Below, piece by piece: positions 10,111-20,542 of a stretch of DNA of 40,918 nt. Under the pieces are notes generated by a model. That model was not told the DNA's origin. It ran no database searches and worked only from the letters and a program-made list of their open reading frames with translations. A program made the position numbers and the translations under genes. The DNA lies in the NCBI GenBank assembly GCA_029934705.1, contig JAOZLS010000002.1:1-40918 (forward strand), read 5' to 3'. Source of the stretch: Bacteroidales bacterium (GTDB lineage Bacteria; Bacteroidota; Bacteroidia; Bacteroidales; JAADGE01). The first letter of the stretch is position 1; every line of letters begins with the position of its first letter.

Positions 10111-11385
10111 TTATAGCTTTGTATAAGTAATAATAAGTTTCATTCTATTTGAATTACGTCCACTAGTAATTACTGAACGATTAAAATTTTCACTTCCTGT
10201 AACGGGAAATAGGTATAAACCCTTATTCTGAATATCCTCATTCATAATTTCTCTAATGTAATTTGCTATATCAAATCGGTATTCTCCATTATTATAATAT
10301 TCTCCCATATAAGATAACTCTCCTGAATATTCAAAAAGAGGGTAATATTCATTTTCACTATCTATTCTAGTTAACATTAATTTAGTTATTGCAGGATAAG
10401 TTGATTCTAAGCTTAAATAGTCGGGTGCTGTTTTTATTACTAATTCTGCTCTATAAATATTAATAGGTCCTAAATCGTTAAGTTTATTTATATATGGAAT
10501 ATATATTTTTGTTCTTAATCCACCTGCTCCTTGTATATATGAAACACTGTCTTGGATAGATAAGGTGTCGTCTATTATAGTGTTTAAAGGTACATTTGTA
10601 TAATCATGGGTAAACATATTAAATTTAATACAGTATGGCGAGTTTGCCGAAATCATAAATGATTTAACTTCTTCTGGATTTGTGCTTAGGTGATAATATA
10701 TATTTATTATCATGTCTTGATTTACTTCATATTTAACTAAAGTTCCTGAACCATCAACTTTTTCGGATTTTACATAAATACCTTTAAAGAATGCTTTAAA
10801 ATTATCTTCCGAATAATAAACAGATTCGTCGGCATAAAGAAATGAGTCGGCATACGCAGGGTTTAATGTTACGCGAAGAAAACTGTCTGCAGGGAATGCT
10901 CTAAATATTCTAGAACCTAAAATTTCTCCTGAGTGAATTTCGTCGGGATTATGATATGCAGAGTATGCTGTGTCATAAAGTAAGTCCGAACTGACTTTAA
11001 AAACTGTAATTTCTTGAGATGAAGATAAACTACCATAGTATTTTGTAGTATCTGTACTATATGGAAGAATTAACACGATAGAATCGGCTACTACCGATGT
11101 GTCTATAATAGGATATTCTGCTAAAGTAAACTGGGTAACAAAACCAGCTAATGTATTACCAAAAATGGGGTCGTCTAACTCTCCGGCTATTAATTGCCCA
11201 GGATCACCTGTTGGTATTGTATCCATTAATAATGTATAAGTAGAAATTGAAAGAGTGTCAACTATTTCAACATTAAGACGCTCGCTGTCTGGGATTATAT
11301 CATAACCTAAATCTGAGTCATCGTTACAAGAAAAAATCAGCATAGTAAAAATGCTGATAATTAAAATTAATATGTTTTTTTTCAT
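10111..11385 (-). CDS. Lipoprotein of unknown function (DUF4270-like by size, lipobox and synteny)
   Basis: 424 aa. The signal peptide has a lipobox (LIFSC). The gene sits between a short glycogen-synthase-like gene and glmS, which is the position I recall DUF4270 lipoproteins occupying in Bacteroidota. The family assignment comes from memory and synteny, not from a search. Confidence 0.6.
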   Translation of the reverse strand: MKKNILILIISIFTMLIFSCNDDSDLGYDIIPDSERLNVEIVDTLSISTYTLLMDTIPTGDPGQLIAGELDDPIFGNTLAGFVTQFTLAEYPIIDTSVVADSIVLILPYSTDTTKYYGSLSSSQEITVFKVSSDLLYDTAYSAYHNPDEIHSGEILGSRIFRAFPADSFLRVTLNPAYADSFLYADESVYYSEDNFKAFFKGIYVKSEKVDGSGTLVKYEVNQDMIINIYYHLSTNPEEVKSFMISANSPYCIKFNMFTHDYTNVPLNTIIDDTLSIQDSVSYIQGAGGLRTKIYIPYINKLNDLGPINIYRAELVIKTAPDYLSLESTYPAITKLMLTRIDSENEYYPLFEYSGELSYMGEYYNNGEYRFDIANYIREIMNEDIQNKGLYLFPVTGSENFNRSVITSGRNSNRMKLIITYTKL

Positions 11386-11468
11386 CTAATTATTTAATTG
11401 AATTTTAAATGCATTATTCTTAATGAAACGTAATTTTTTGAAGTTTCTTATATAATAAATGTTAAAAA

Positions 11469-12278
11469 TTAGTCTTCTAAGAATTGATCGTAAAAATCTG
11501 AATAAGAATTAATATATTCTTCATTATTTTTATAGTCAAGAATTTTCTTATTCTTACTTTTTGCAAAGTCAACAAAATCAGGGTTTACTTCTTCATTCCC
11601 AACTATTATACCATCAGAATTCTCAATTGCAAGTTTTGTTATATTTTCATAACTGGCAGGAGTTAACGATTTTAAATCGGTCTCTTTTATTTTGTCAAAC
11701 TGTATTTTTTTCTTTATTTCAGGGTCAAAAACATGGGAGAAATCATCATTATATAAAGAGTATATAATTTTTGCATTTGCAAATAAAGGGTCGTCTTTGT
11801 ACGATTTATTCATAAACAACGGAACTAAAGCTGTCATCCAACCACTACAGTGTATAATATCTGGTGTCCATCTAAGCTTTTTAACAGTTTCAAGCACTCC
11901 TCTGCTGAAAAAAATCATTCTTTCATCATTGTCTGCATAAAATTGATCTTCTTTATCGGTAATAATGGTTTTTCTTTTGAAATATTCATCATTATCAATA
12001 AAATAGACTTGCATTCTAGCTTGCTGTATCGATGCTACTTTTATAATAAGCGAATGGTCTGTATCGTCAATTATAAGATTCATTCCTGAAAGGCGAATAA
12101 CTTCGTGAAGTTGATTTCGTCTCTCATTTATTGTTCCAAACCTAGGCATGAAAACTCTTACTTCTTTTCCTTTTTCTTGTATTCCTTGAGGTAAATATCT
12201 ACCTATATGAGACATTTCCGTTTCAGGAAGATAAGGTGTTATTTCTTGCGAAATATATAATATTTTCTTTTTTTCCAT
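11469..12278 (-). CDS. Short glycogen/starch-synthase-like protein (N-terminal GT5-type domain only)
   Basis: 269 aa. MEKKKILYISQEITPYLPETEMSHIGRYLPQ...VRVFMPRFG resembles the N-terminal catalytic half of GlgA-type synthases. No C-terminal GT-B half is encoded. Confidence 0.75.
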   Translation of the reverse strand: MEKKKILYISQEITPYLPETEMSHIGRYLPQGIQEKGKEVRVFMPRFGTINERRNQLHEVIRLSGMNLIIDDTDHSLIIKVASIQQARMQVYFIDNDEYFKRKTIITDKEDQFYADNDERMIFFSRGVLETVKKLRWTPDIIHCSGWMTALVPLFMNKSYKDDPLFANAKIIYSLYNDDFSHVFDPEIKKKIQFDKIKETDLKSLTPASYENITKLAIENSDGIIVGNEEVNPDFVDFAKSKNKKILDYKNNEEYINSYSDFYDQFLED

Positions 12279-12692
12279 AACTTAATTTTCAATTCGCAAA
12301 TTAATGCACAAAGATACAAAAAATTAATAATTTGTCAAGTGTTTAAAGCCTTTGTTTGTTTTACAAAAAAATTTATTAAGAATATTAGTAGTTTTTTAAG
12401 CTTAATGTTATATTTGTATAACTGTATTACACTATCATACTTTGTTAAGTACTTTTGTGTATTATGTTGTGGGGCTTTGCTTTACTTCTGATGTTACTTA
12501 ATAAAAACTTTAACAATTTTTTCATTCTAATTAAAGATGTTAAAAAAATATAAAGATGAAAATGCTTATGTAAAAGTTGAACTATAGTGCTAATTTTGAA
12601 CTATAATATTGTAATTTTCAGTATTCCATTTGAAATTTGTCATTTATTAAAGTATAATACCTTATAAAAATAACAATTAATAATTTAAAAAA

Positions 12693-13535
12693 ATGAATAT
12701 AGTTAGAACTAAAGCTTCTTTGTTAAATTTAATAATGGAGATTAAAAATAATAACAAATCAATAGGTTTTGTACCAACAATGGGGGCATTACATCAAGGG
12801 CATATATCTTTAATTAAATGCTCTAGCTCGCAAAACGACTACACAGTTGCCAGCCTTTTTGTCAACCCAACACAATTTAATAATAGTAGCGATTTACAAA
12901 AATACCCAAGAACCGAAGAATCGGATTTAAAAAAACTGAAAGATTCTGGCTGCAATATTGTTTTTATTCCTAATGTCGAAGAAATGTACCCTGAAGAAGA
13001 TACTCGTGTTTTTGATTTTGAGGGAATTGATACTGTAATGGAGGGCAAGTATAGAAGTGGACATTTTAATGGTGTCGCCCAAATTGTTTCTAAACTATTT
13101 GATGCAGTGAAACCCGATAATGCTTACTTTGGCAAAAAAGATTTTCAGCAATTAGCAATAATTTCATTTATGGTGAAAAAATATATGCCAGAATCTGGTA
13201 TTTCAATTGTTGCTTGCAATATTTTTAGGGAAGAAGACGGACTTGCCATGAGCTCTCGAAACATGCTTCTTACAAAAGAACATAGAAATAGTGCGTCGAT
13301 AATTTATCGTACAATAAAAAAATATTCGGAAAATGCTGATAATTTAAAGCCTTCAGAAATAATAAATAGTATTACTACAGACATTAATGAAACAGGCATT
13401 TTTGAAGTTGAATATTTCGACATAGTTAATAATACTAGTTTAATGAGCGTTGACACAATAAAAAAGGGAGACACAACAGGTTGTATTGCTGTTTTTGCTG
13501 GCGATGTTAGGCTTATTGACAATATATCTTTTTAA
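12693..13535 (+). CDS. panC: Pantoate--beta-alanine ligase
   Basis: 280 aa with the HIGH-type motif region (PTMGALHQGHISLI) and FGKKDFQQ and MSSRN motifs typical of PanC. Confidence 0.95.
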   Translation: MNIVRTKASLLNLIMEIKNNNKSIGFVPTMGALHQGHISLIKCSSSQNDYTVASLFVNPTQFNNSSDLQKYPRTEESDLKKLKDSGCNIVFIPNVEEMYPEEDTRVFDFEGIDTVMEGKYRSGHFNGVAQIVSKLFDAVKPDNAYFGKKDFQQLAIISFMVKKYMPESGISIVACNIFREEDGLAMSSRNMLLTKEHRNSASIIYRTIKKYSENADNLKPSEIINSITTDINETGIFEVEYFDIVNNTSLMSVDTIKKGDTTGCIAVFAGDVRLIDNISF

Positions 13536-13658
13536 AATATGAAACACCTAAAATTAATTTAGAACACACAAATAAATCATTTTTGCAATATTGCACAAGT
13601 AAGTACATCAAGCTATATGCGAATGTCGCATCTAACCTTATATATTATTTATAAACAG

Positions 13659-14900
13659 ATGAATAAGAAAAAAATAATAAATGACCCAGTTTATGGATTT
13701 ATAAATATACAAACCGATATATTATATGACATAATTCAACATCCATTTTTCCAAAGGCTAAGGCGAATAAAGCAATTAGGATTAACGCATTACGTTTACC
13801 CAGGAGCTTCGCATACAAGATTTGACCACGTACTTGGTGCTACACATTTAATGGAATCGGCCATAAAACAATTACAAAGTACAGGCGTAAAAATTACTAA
13901 CGAAGAAGCAGAAGGAGTATTAATTGCAATTTTAATGCACGACCTTGGGCATGGACCATTTTCGCATACACTTGAACAGAGTTTTGTACAAAACATTTCA
14001 CACGAAGATATTTCTTTAATGTTTATGCAGCACCTAAATAAAGAATTTGATGGGAAATTAAGTTTAGGAATAGCAATATTTACTAATAATTACAAAAAAG
14101 AATTTTTACATAGTTTAGTCTCAAGCCAGCTAGATACGGATCGATTGGACTATTTGAGACGAGACAGTTTTTATACTGGAGTTACCGAAGGCAATGTTGG
14201 CTCCGAAAGAATAATTAAAATGCTAAGAATTGTTAATGACCAACTTGCAGTAGAGGAAAAAGGAATATATTCAGTTGAAAAATTTCTAGTAGCACGACGA
14301 ATAATGTACTGGCAAGTATATTTACATAAAACAGTTGTTGCAGCAGAGCAAATGCTACTTCAAGTAATTAAAAGAGCTAAGGAGCAATCTAAAAAGAAAA
14401 AATTATTTGCAACGCCAGCCTTAGGATATTTTTTCAATAATGATTTAAATAAAATTGAAGATTTTAAAGCAACAACTTCAGGAATAAATCCACTAAAAGC
14501 ATTTGCCGAACTTGATGATAACGATATTATAGTTTCAATAAAAGAATGGAAAAACAGCGACGATACTGTGCTTGCTGAACTTAGTAGAAGAATAATAAAT
14601 AGAGATTTATTTAAACTTGAAATTCAAATAGAACCTTTTGATGATAGCAAAATTAAGCAGTTAAGAAAGAAAGCATCCAAAATTTATAATATATCAGATG
14701 AAGATGCAAAGTTTTTTGTTTTTTCAGATGTAATTAAAAATAAAGCATATAGCTCCGACAACGCATCAAGAATAAATATTTTATTAAAGTCGGGAAAACT
14801 TGCCGATATTGCAGTTGCATCAGACATTTCAAACATTTCAACATTATCAGAAACAGTACAGAAGCACTTTTTATGCTACCCCAAAGAGTGCCTAGTATAG
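13659..14900 (+). CDS. HD-domain phosphohydrolase (COG1078 / SAMHD1-like family)
   Basis: The N-terminus INDPVYGFI....PFFQRLRRIKQLG, then HTRFDHVLG and HDLGHGPFSH (HD metal-binding motifs) and DRLDYLRRD. I place the start at the ATG at 13659 (MNKKKIINDP), not at 13617. Confidence 0.85.
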   Translation: MNKKKIINDPVYGFINIQTDILYDIIQHPFFQRLRRIKQLGLTHYVYPGASHTRFDHVLGATHLMESAIKQLQSTGVKITNEEAEGVLIAILMHDLGHGPFSHTLEQSFVQNISHEDISLMFMQHLNKEFDGKLSLGIAIFTNNYKKEFLHSLVSSQLDTDRLDYLRRDSFYTGVTEGNVGSERIIKMLRIVNDQLAVEEKGIYSVEKFLVARRIMYWQVYLHKTVVAAEQMLLQVIKRAKEQSKKKKLFATPALGYFFNNDLNKIEDFKATTSGINPLKAFAELDDNDIIVSIKEWKNSDDTVLAELSRRIINRDLFKLEIQIEPFDDSKIKQLRKKASKIYNISDEDAKFFVFSDVIKNKAYSSDNASRINILLKSGKLADIAVASDISNISTLSETVQKHFLCYPKECLV

Positions 14901-15015
14901 TAAAAATAATGTTAAATGATTAGAACTAAGAAAGTTCTTATTTAGAAAGATTAAAAAAAACTTTTTAATTCTTTATAATTAGTTTATTTCATTAATTTTG
15001 CACAAATTTGTCTTA

Positions 15016-16053
15016 ATGGAATTTTCAGCAGAAAAAATAGCATCCTTTTTAAAGGGTGAAATAGAAGGCGATAAAAATGTCGTTGTAAATAATATTTCTA
15101 AAATAGAAGAAGGAACAGTTGGAACTCTTTCTTTTTTAGCAAATATGAAATATACAGAGCATATTTATCAAACAAAAGCATCAATAGTTCTGGTAAATAA
15201 AACATTTAAAGCTGATAAAAAAATATCGGCAACATTAATAAGAGTTGATGATGCATATAAAGCTTTTGCGTCATTATTAGAGCTTTATTCAATGGCAAAA
15301 ACAGAAAAAACAGGAATATCGCCAAAAGCAAACATAGAAGAATCAGCAAAAATATCTGGAAATGTATATTTAGGCTCAAATGTATATATTGGTGAAAATG
15401 TTGTAATAGAGGAGAATGTAAAAATATATCCTAACTCATATATTGGCGATAATTCAAAAATAGGAGAAAACACAACAATATTTTCGGGCGTAAATATTTA
15501 TTCCGAATCACAAATAGGCAAAAATTGCACAATTCATTCAGGAGTTGTAATAGGAAGCGATGGTTTTGGCTTTGCACCTCAATCGGCAAGTGAATTTAAG
15601 AAAATACCTCAAATAGGAAATGTTATTATTGAAGATAATGTTGAAATTGGAGCAAATTCGTGTGTTGACAGAGCAACAATAGGTTCAACCATTTTAAGAA
15701 AAGGAGTAAAACTTGATAATTTTATTCAAATAGCACATAACGTTGAAATAGGGGAAAATACTGTTATGGCATCGTTATCTGGAGTTTCGGGTTCAACAAA
15801 AATTGGAAAAAACTGTATGATTGGTGGGCAAGTAGGTTTTGCAGGTCATATAAATATAACCGACGATGTTAAAATAGGAGCACAAACAGGAGTTTTGAGT
15901 AATATTACAGAAAAAGGTTCAAAATGGCTTGGTACACCTGCTATAAATATGGTCGATTTTTTAAAAGTATCTGTAGTTTTAAAAAAACTTCCTGAAATGA
16001 AAAAACAAATAGAAAAATTAGAAAAAATAATCTCAACATTTAACAAAAAGTAG
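15016..16053 (+). CDS. lpxD: UDP-3-O-acylglucosamine N-acyltransferase
   Basis: It has a left-handed beta-helix hexapeptide repeat region and the LpxD N-terminal domain ([12 protein letters not shown]). It is the first gene of the lpxD-lpxC/fabZ-lpxA cluster. The start is the ATG at 15016; the track start at 14998 is a TTG. A TAATTTTG box lies at 14993-15000. Confidence 0.9.
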   Translation: MEFSAEKIASFLKGEIEGDKNVVVNNISKIEEGTVGTLSFLANMKYTEHIYQTKASIVLVNKTFKADKKISATLIRVDDAYKAFASLLELYSMAKTEKTGISPKANIEESAKISGNVYLGSNVYIGENVVIEENVKIYPNSYIGDNSKIGENTTIFSGVNIYSESQIGKNCTIHSGVVIGSDGFGFAPQSASEFKKIPQIGNVIIEDNVEIGANSCVDRATIGSTILRKGVKLDNFIQIAHNVEIGENTVMASLSGVSGSTKIGKNCMIGGQVGFAGHINITDDVKIGAQTGVLSNITEKGSKWLGTPAINMVDFLKVSVVLKKLPEMKKQIEKLEKIISTFNKK

Positions 16054-16059
16054 TAAAGA

Positions 16060-17460
16060 ATGTCTGATAAACAAAAAACAATAAAAAAAGGAGTAAGTTT
16101 ATCTGGAACAGGATTGCACACAGGGCAATTAGTTACAGTTACACTTCTTCCAGCACCTATAAATCATGGTTATAAATTTGTTAGAGTTGATTTTAACGAT
16201 AGACCAGAAATTAAAGCTTTAGCCGAAAACGTAGTTGATACATCCAGAAGTACTGTTATTGAAGAAAATGGGGTAAAAGTTTCAACAGTCGAGCATGTAT
16301 TATCTGCACTATATGGTTTAGGACTAGATAATATAATAATTGAAATTGATGGAGCCGAAACTCCAATTTTAGATGGCAGTGCTAAACTTTATGTCGACGC
16401 AATACATGAAGCCGGAATTATTGAGCAAGAAGCTGACAAAGAGTATTTTGTTATAAAAAACAACATAAGTTATGCCGACGATGAAAAAGGAATTGAGCTA
16501 ATGACTTTTCCTGGCGACGAGCTAAGTTTAAATGTTATGATTGACTATGGTTCAACTGTCTTAGGAAATCAGTATGCAACACTAAACTCACTTTCGGAAT
16601 ATGAAAATTGTATTGCTCCATGTAAAACCTTTGTTTTTCTTAAAGAAATTGAAAGATTATATGAGAACAACCTTATAAAAGGTGGCGACCTCGACAATGC
16701 TTTAGTTATTGTAGAAAAAGAAAGTAGCCAAGAAGAAATAAACCGTATTGCCGATTTATTTAAAAAAGAACATAGAATATATAAAGGTCAAGGAGTTTTA
16801 AACGACGAAGATCTTATTTTCCCAAATGAGCCTGCAAGACACAAACTTCTCGATTTATTAGGAGACTTAGCTCTTTCCGGTACACCACTAAAAGGTAAAA
16901 TTTTGGCAACAAGAACAGGTCATGCTGCAAATGTAGAATTTGTTAAAAAAATTAGAAGAGAAATTAAACGACGAAAGTCGCAAAATTTTGCACCAGAGTA
17001 CGATCCAAATAAAGCTCCATTATACGATACAAATGAAATAAAAAGGATTTTGCCTCACAGACCACCATTCTTATTAGTTGACAAAATAATGGAATTGACA
17101 GAAAATGAGGTTGTTGGAGTTAAGAACGTAACAATGAATGAGCCTTTTTTTGTAGGTCATTTTCCAAGTGAGCCTGTAATGCCAGGTGTTCTTATTATTG
17201 AAGCAATGGCACAAGCAGGCGGTATTCTTGTATTAAATACAGTGGAAGACCCAGAAAGTTATCTTACATATTTCTTAAAAATAGACAAAGTTAAATTTAA
17301 GAGAAAAGTAGTACCTGGCGATACACTTATTTTAAAATTAGAACTAGTTTCACCCATAAGAAGAGGCATTGCAAATATGAAAGCTCAAGCTTTTGTTGGC
17401 GATGTTTTAGTTACTGAAGGCGAACTAATGGCACAAATTGTTAAAGCAAATAAAAAATAA
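16060..17460 (+). CDS. lpxC/fabZ: Bifunctional UDP-3-O-acyl-GlcNAc deacetylase / 3-hydroxyacyl-ACP dehydratase
   Basis: 466 aa. The N-terminal LpxC part shows GTGLHTG, TVEHVLSAL and HKLLDLLGDL. The C-terminal FabZ hot-dog part shows LPHRPPFLLVD and FFVGHFP..PVMPGVL. This fusion is typical of Bacteroidota. Confidence 0.95.
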   Translation: MSDKQKTIKKGVSLSGTGLHTGQLVTVTLLPAPINHGYKFVRVDFNDRPEIKALAENVVDTSRSTVIEENGVKVSTVEHVLSALYGLGLDNIIIEIDGAETPILDGSAKLYVDAIHEAGIIEQEADKEYFVIKNNISYADDEKGIELMTFPGDELSLNVMIDYGSTVLGNQYATLNSLSEYENCIAPCKTFVFLKEIERLYENNLIKGGDLDNALVIVEKESSQEEINRIADLFKKEHRIYKGQGVLNDEDLIFPNEPARHKLLDLLGDLALSGTPLKGKILATRTGHAANVEFVKKIRREIKRRKSQNFAPEYDPNKAPLYDTNEIKRILPHRPPFLLVDKIMELTENEVVGVKNVTMNEPFFVGHFPSEPVMPGVLIIEAMAQAGGILVLNTVEDPESYLTYFLKIDKVKFKRKVVPGDTLILKLELVSPIRRGIANMKAQAFVGDVLVTEGELMAQIVKANKK

Positions 17461-17463
17461 AAT

Positions 17464-18243
17464 ATGAGTAGAGAACTTGCTAATATTCATCCAGATGCAA
17501 AAATCGGGAAAAATGTAACGATTGAGCCTTTTGCTACAGTATTAGAAGATACTGTAATAGGTGATGGAACATATATTGGAGCAAATGCCGTAATAATGCA
17601 AGGAGCACGTTTAGGTAAAAATGTACAAGTTTTTCCTGGAGCTGTAATTTCAGCAGTTCCTCAAGATTTAAAATTTAAGGGAGAACTTACAACCACACAT
17701 ATAGGAGATAATACTATTATAAGAGAATTTGTTACAATAAATAGGGGAACAGCAGCAAAAGGTAAAACTATTATTGGTGAAAATTGCCTTTTTATGGCAT
17801 ACTCTCACGTAGCACACGATTGTATAATAGGAAATAATATTATTTTCGCAAATGGAGTTCAAGTTGCAGGAGAAGTCGAAGTAGGTAATCATGCTATTTT
17901 AGGAGGTTCAACTTTAGTTCACCAATTTACAAAAATTGGAGCACATGTTATGACCCAAGGAGGCTTACATGTTCTTAAAGATATTCCACCTTATGTACTA
18001 GCAGCTCGTCAGCCTGCATCATACACAGGCGTAAATTCAATAGGTTTAAGAAGAAGAGGTTTTACTAATGAGCAAATTGATGGTATCAAAGAAATTTATA
18101 GAATTGTGTTTTCTGGAGGAATGAATTATACCGATGCTATAAAAAAAATTGTAACAGATATTGCTGATTCAGATTTTAAAACAGAAATTGTAGATTTTTT
18201 TAATAACTCTACAAGAGGTGTACTTCCTGCTTATAAAGCATAA
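17464..18243 (+). CDS. lpxA: Acyl-ACP--UDP-GlcNAc O-acyltransferase
   Basis: 259 aa with hexapeptide repeats followed by the LpxA C-terminal helical domain (GLRRRGF). It begins 3 nt after lpxC/fabZ. Confidence 0.95.
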   Translation: MSRELANIHPDAKIGKNVTIEPFATVLEDTVIGDGTYIGANAVIMQGARLGKNVQVFPGAVISAVPQDLKFKGELTTTHIGDNTIIREFVTINRGTAAKGKTIIGENCLFMAYSHVAHDCIIGNNIIFANGVQVAGEVEVGNHAILGGSTLVHQFTKIGAHVMTQGGLHVLKDIPPYVLAARQPASYTGVNSIGLRRRGFTNEQIDGIKEIYRIVFSGGMNYTDAIKKIVTDIADSDFKTEIVDFFNNSTRGVLPAYKA

Positions 18244-18262
18244 AATAAGAACATTTATACGA

Positions 18263-18301
18263 AAAAAGAGATTTCAGCTAAATTTGGAATCTCTTTTTTT
18301 T
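18263..18301 (+). terminator. Rho-independent terminator after lpxA
   Basis: AAAAAGAGATT (18263-18273) pairs with AATCTCTTTTT (18288-18298) around a 14-nt loop and runs into a T-tract. It lies 20 nt past the lpxA stop. Confidence 0.5.
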
Positions 18302-18390
18302 ATAGAAAACATTATTTGAATACAACAAAAAACAATACTTTTATCAAATAAACTTAATATTTATAACGTTTTGCAATAAAATATATATTT

Positions 18391-19182
18391 ATGAAAAATT
18401 TAGATTGGTTTGGAAATTGGTATAACAAACAAACTTTAAAAAACGAAGGAACTAAGTTTGATATAAAAATAACTTCCCAAGAAGATTCTGGTTGGGAACT
18501 TGTAGTTGATTTATCAAGAACTGAATTTGCTAAAAAGGAATACCAAACTTCATCAAAAAAATCGGAACACAACTTTTACGAAATATTTATTTCAGATAAA
18601 AAATTTATAGGCAAAAGTGATTTCTCTAAACTAGATTTTCTTATAGGAAAATTTCGTGAATTTATAGGTGAAGCTGAAATGAAATACAGTATAAAAAAAG
18701 ACTACTTTTTAACTCAAGATATTCAACGTTTTATTTTTGAGAATGAAAACGATGACTACATTTACTCTCATTATACAGAAAGTAAAGCGTTTGCTGAAAA
18801 CATTATTAAAAGTGGTTTTGAATTTTTTAACTCATTTGATAAAACTACGGATGAACTAAAAAATGATACAGTTGAATTAAATTATTCTCATTACAGAAGA
18901 AAGCCTTATGGTGATTATATTGTAATTATTTCAATTTCAAAAAAACTATATAAATATTATTCCGAGAAAATTTCTCACAAAAAAGAAAGATATATTAGAA
19001 TTGAAGAAATACTTTGTGAAAAAGACACTTATTATAACGATGGTGACGAAGTTAACACCCTATCAAATAAGTTTGTAAAAGGATTTGTAAATTACAGAAC
19101 AGGCGAAATTATAAAAAACCCTGATTTTAATTCAGACTTTAACAGCGAGCTGTTTGAAAAACAATTTAAAAAGCTTCTTTAA
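18391..19182 (+). CDS. Hypothetical cytoplasmic protein (no family recognised)
   Basis: A 263-aa ORF with no signal peptide or TM segment. It is bounded by hairpin terminators on both sides and has the only long frame in this interval. I recognise no motif with confidence. Confidence 0.6.
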   Translation: MKNLDWFGNWYNKQTLKNEGTKFDIKITSQEDSGWELVVDLSRTEFAKKEYQTSSKKSEHNFYEIFISDKKFIGKSDFSKLDFLIGKFREFIGEAEMKYSIKKDYFLTQDIQRFIFENENDDYIYSHYTESKAFAENIIKSGFEFFNSFDKTTDELKNDTVELNYSHYRRKPYGDYIVIISISKKLYKYYSEKISHKKERYIRIEEILCEKDTYYNDGDEVNTLSNKFVKGFVNYRTGEIIKNPDFNSDFNSELFEKQFKKLL

Positions 19183-19261
19183 ACCCCTACTCTATTTTAT
19201 ATACAAATCTATTTTACAACAAGCATAATTAATAATATTAACACTAACTTTTAATAAAAAC

Positions 19262-19289
19262 AGCCCGATAATTAACAAATTATCGGGCT
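19262..19289. terminator. Bidirectional hairpin terminator between the convergent hypothetical gene and kbl
   Basis: A perfect 12-bp stem AGCCCGATAATT (19262-19273) pairs with AATTATCGGGCT (19278-19289) around the loop AACA. On the minus strand it is followed by GTTTTTATT, and on the plus strand by ATATTATTTAT. Confidence 0.6.
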
Positions 19290-19315
19290 ATATTATTTAT
19301 AAATAATACGAAAAA

Positions 19316-20542
19316 TTACTCTCCGTACTTTTCAATAATCTCTTCTTTTGTTTTTCCTAAAATATCAAATTCTTTTCCAATTTTTATAAAAGCATCAGCG
19401 GCTTTATCAAGATGTTCCTGAGTATGTGCTGCAGATAGCTGAATACGAATTCTTGCTTGCCCTTTTGCAACAACTGGAAAATAAAATCCAATTACATAAA
19501 TTCCTTCTGCAAGTAATTTTGAAGCAAAATCCTGCGAAAGTTTGGCATTAAAAAGCATAAGTGCAACAATTGCCGAGTCCGATGGTTTAATTACAAAACC
19601 AGCTTCATTCATTCGCTTTTTAAAATAATCGGCATTACTCATTAGTCTGTCTCTTAGCTCAGTAGAACTACTTAACAAATCAAAAACTCCAAGTGCTGCT
19701 CCAACAATTGCTGGTGAAAGTGAGTTTGAAAACAAATATGGTCGTGAACGCTGACGTAAAAGTTCAATAATTTCTTTTTTACCTGTTGTAAAACCGCCCA
19801 TTGCTCCGCCTAATGCTTTTCCTAAAGTACTTGTAATAATATCAACTCTATCCATTACATTATGGTATTCATGAGTTCCTCTACCAGTTTTACCAATAAA
19901 ACCAGAAGCATGACTATCGTCAACCATAACAAGAGCATCATATTTATCAGCTAAATCACAAATTTCATTAAGCTTAGCAATATCACCGTCCATTGAGAAA
20001 ACACCATCTGTAACAACTATTCTAAATCTCTGAGCTTGTGCTAATTTAAGTTGGCTTTCTAAATCTTCCATATTGCCATGCTTATATCTGTAACGAGATG
20101 CTTTAGACAAGCGAACACCATCAATAATTGAAGCATGATTAAGTTCATCAGAAATAATTGCATCGCCTGCTACGAATAATGGCTCAAAAATTCCACCATT
20201 TGCATCAAAAGCAGCTGCATAAAGAATAGTGTCTTCCATACCAAAGAATTTTGAAATATTCTGTTCAAGTTCTTTATGAATATCCTGTGTTCCGCAAATA
20301 AATCTTACTGACGACATACCGTAGCCATGACTATCTAATGCTTTTTTTGCAGAATTAACTGAAACTGGGTGAGACGAAAGCCCTAAATAATTATTGGCAC
20401 AAAAATTAATTACAGATTCGCCTGTATTTAAAGTAATTTCGGCATCTTGAGCACTTGTAATTACTCTTTCATTTTTGTATAAACCTGCATCCTTAATTGA
20501 TTGTAATTCAGCAGTTAAAAAGTCTTTTAATTTTCCGTACAT
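19316..20542 (-). CDS. kbl: Glycine C-acetyltransferase (2-amino-3-ketobutyrate CoA ligase)
   Basis: 408 aa. It is collinear with E. coli Kbl over its whole length as I recall that sequence ([63 protein letters not shown] with the PLP lysine, [14 protein letters not shown]). Confidence 0.95.
   Translation of the reverse strand: MYGKLKDFLTAELQSIKDAGLYKNERVITSAQDAEITLNTGESVINFCANNYLGLSSHPVSVNSAKKALDSHGYGMSSVRFICGTQDIHKELEQNISKFFGMEDTILYAAAFDANGGIFEPLFVAGDAIISDELNHASIIDGVRLSKASRYRYKHGNMEDLESQLKLAQAQRFRIVVTDGVFSMDGDIAKLNEICDLADKYDALVMVDDSHASGFIGKTGRGTHEYHNVMDRVDIITSTLGKALGGAMGGFTTGKKEIIELLRQRSRPYLFSNSLSPAIVGAALGVFDLLSSSTELRDRLMSNADYFKKRMNEAGFVIKPSDSAIVALMLFNAKLSQDFASKLLAEGIYVIGFYFPVVAKGQARIRIQLSAAHTQEHLDKAADAFIKIGKEFDILGKTKEEIIEKYGE

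Noticed and set aside
13617-13658. Extended start of the HD phosphohydrolase (the same issue arises at 14998-15015 for lpxD and 25276-25341 for gmhA)
   Set aside because: The lpxD and gmhA extensions start at TTG. All three add hydrophobic or non-homologous residues ahead of N-termini that already match the family consensus from an internal ATG.
16060-17460. lpxC-fabZ fusion as a novelty
   Set aside because: This bifunctional fusion is the normal state in Bacteroidota. It is a useful taxonomic marker but not a new observation.
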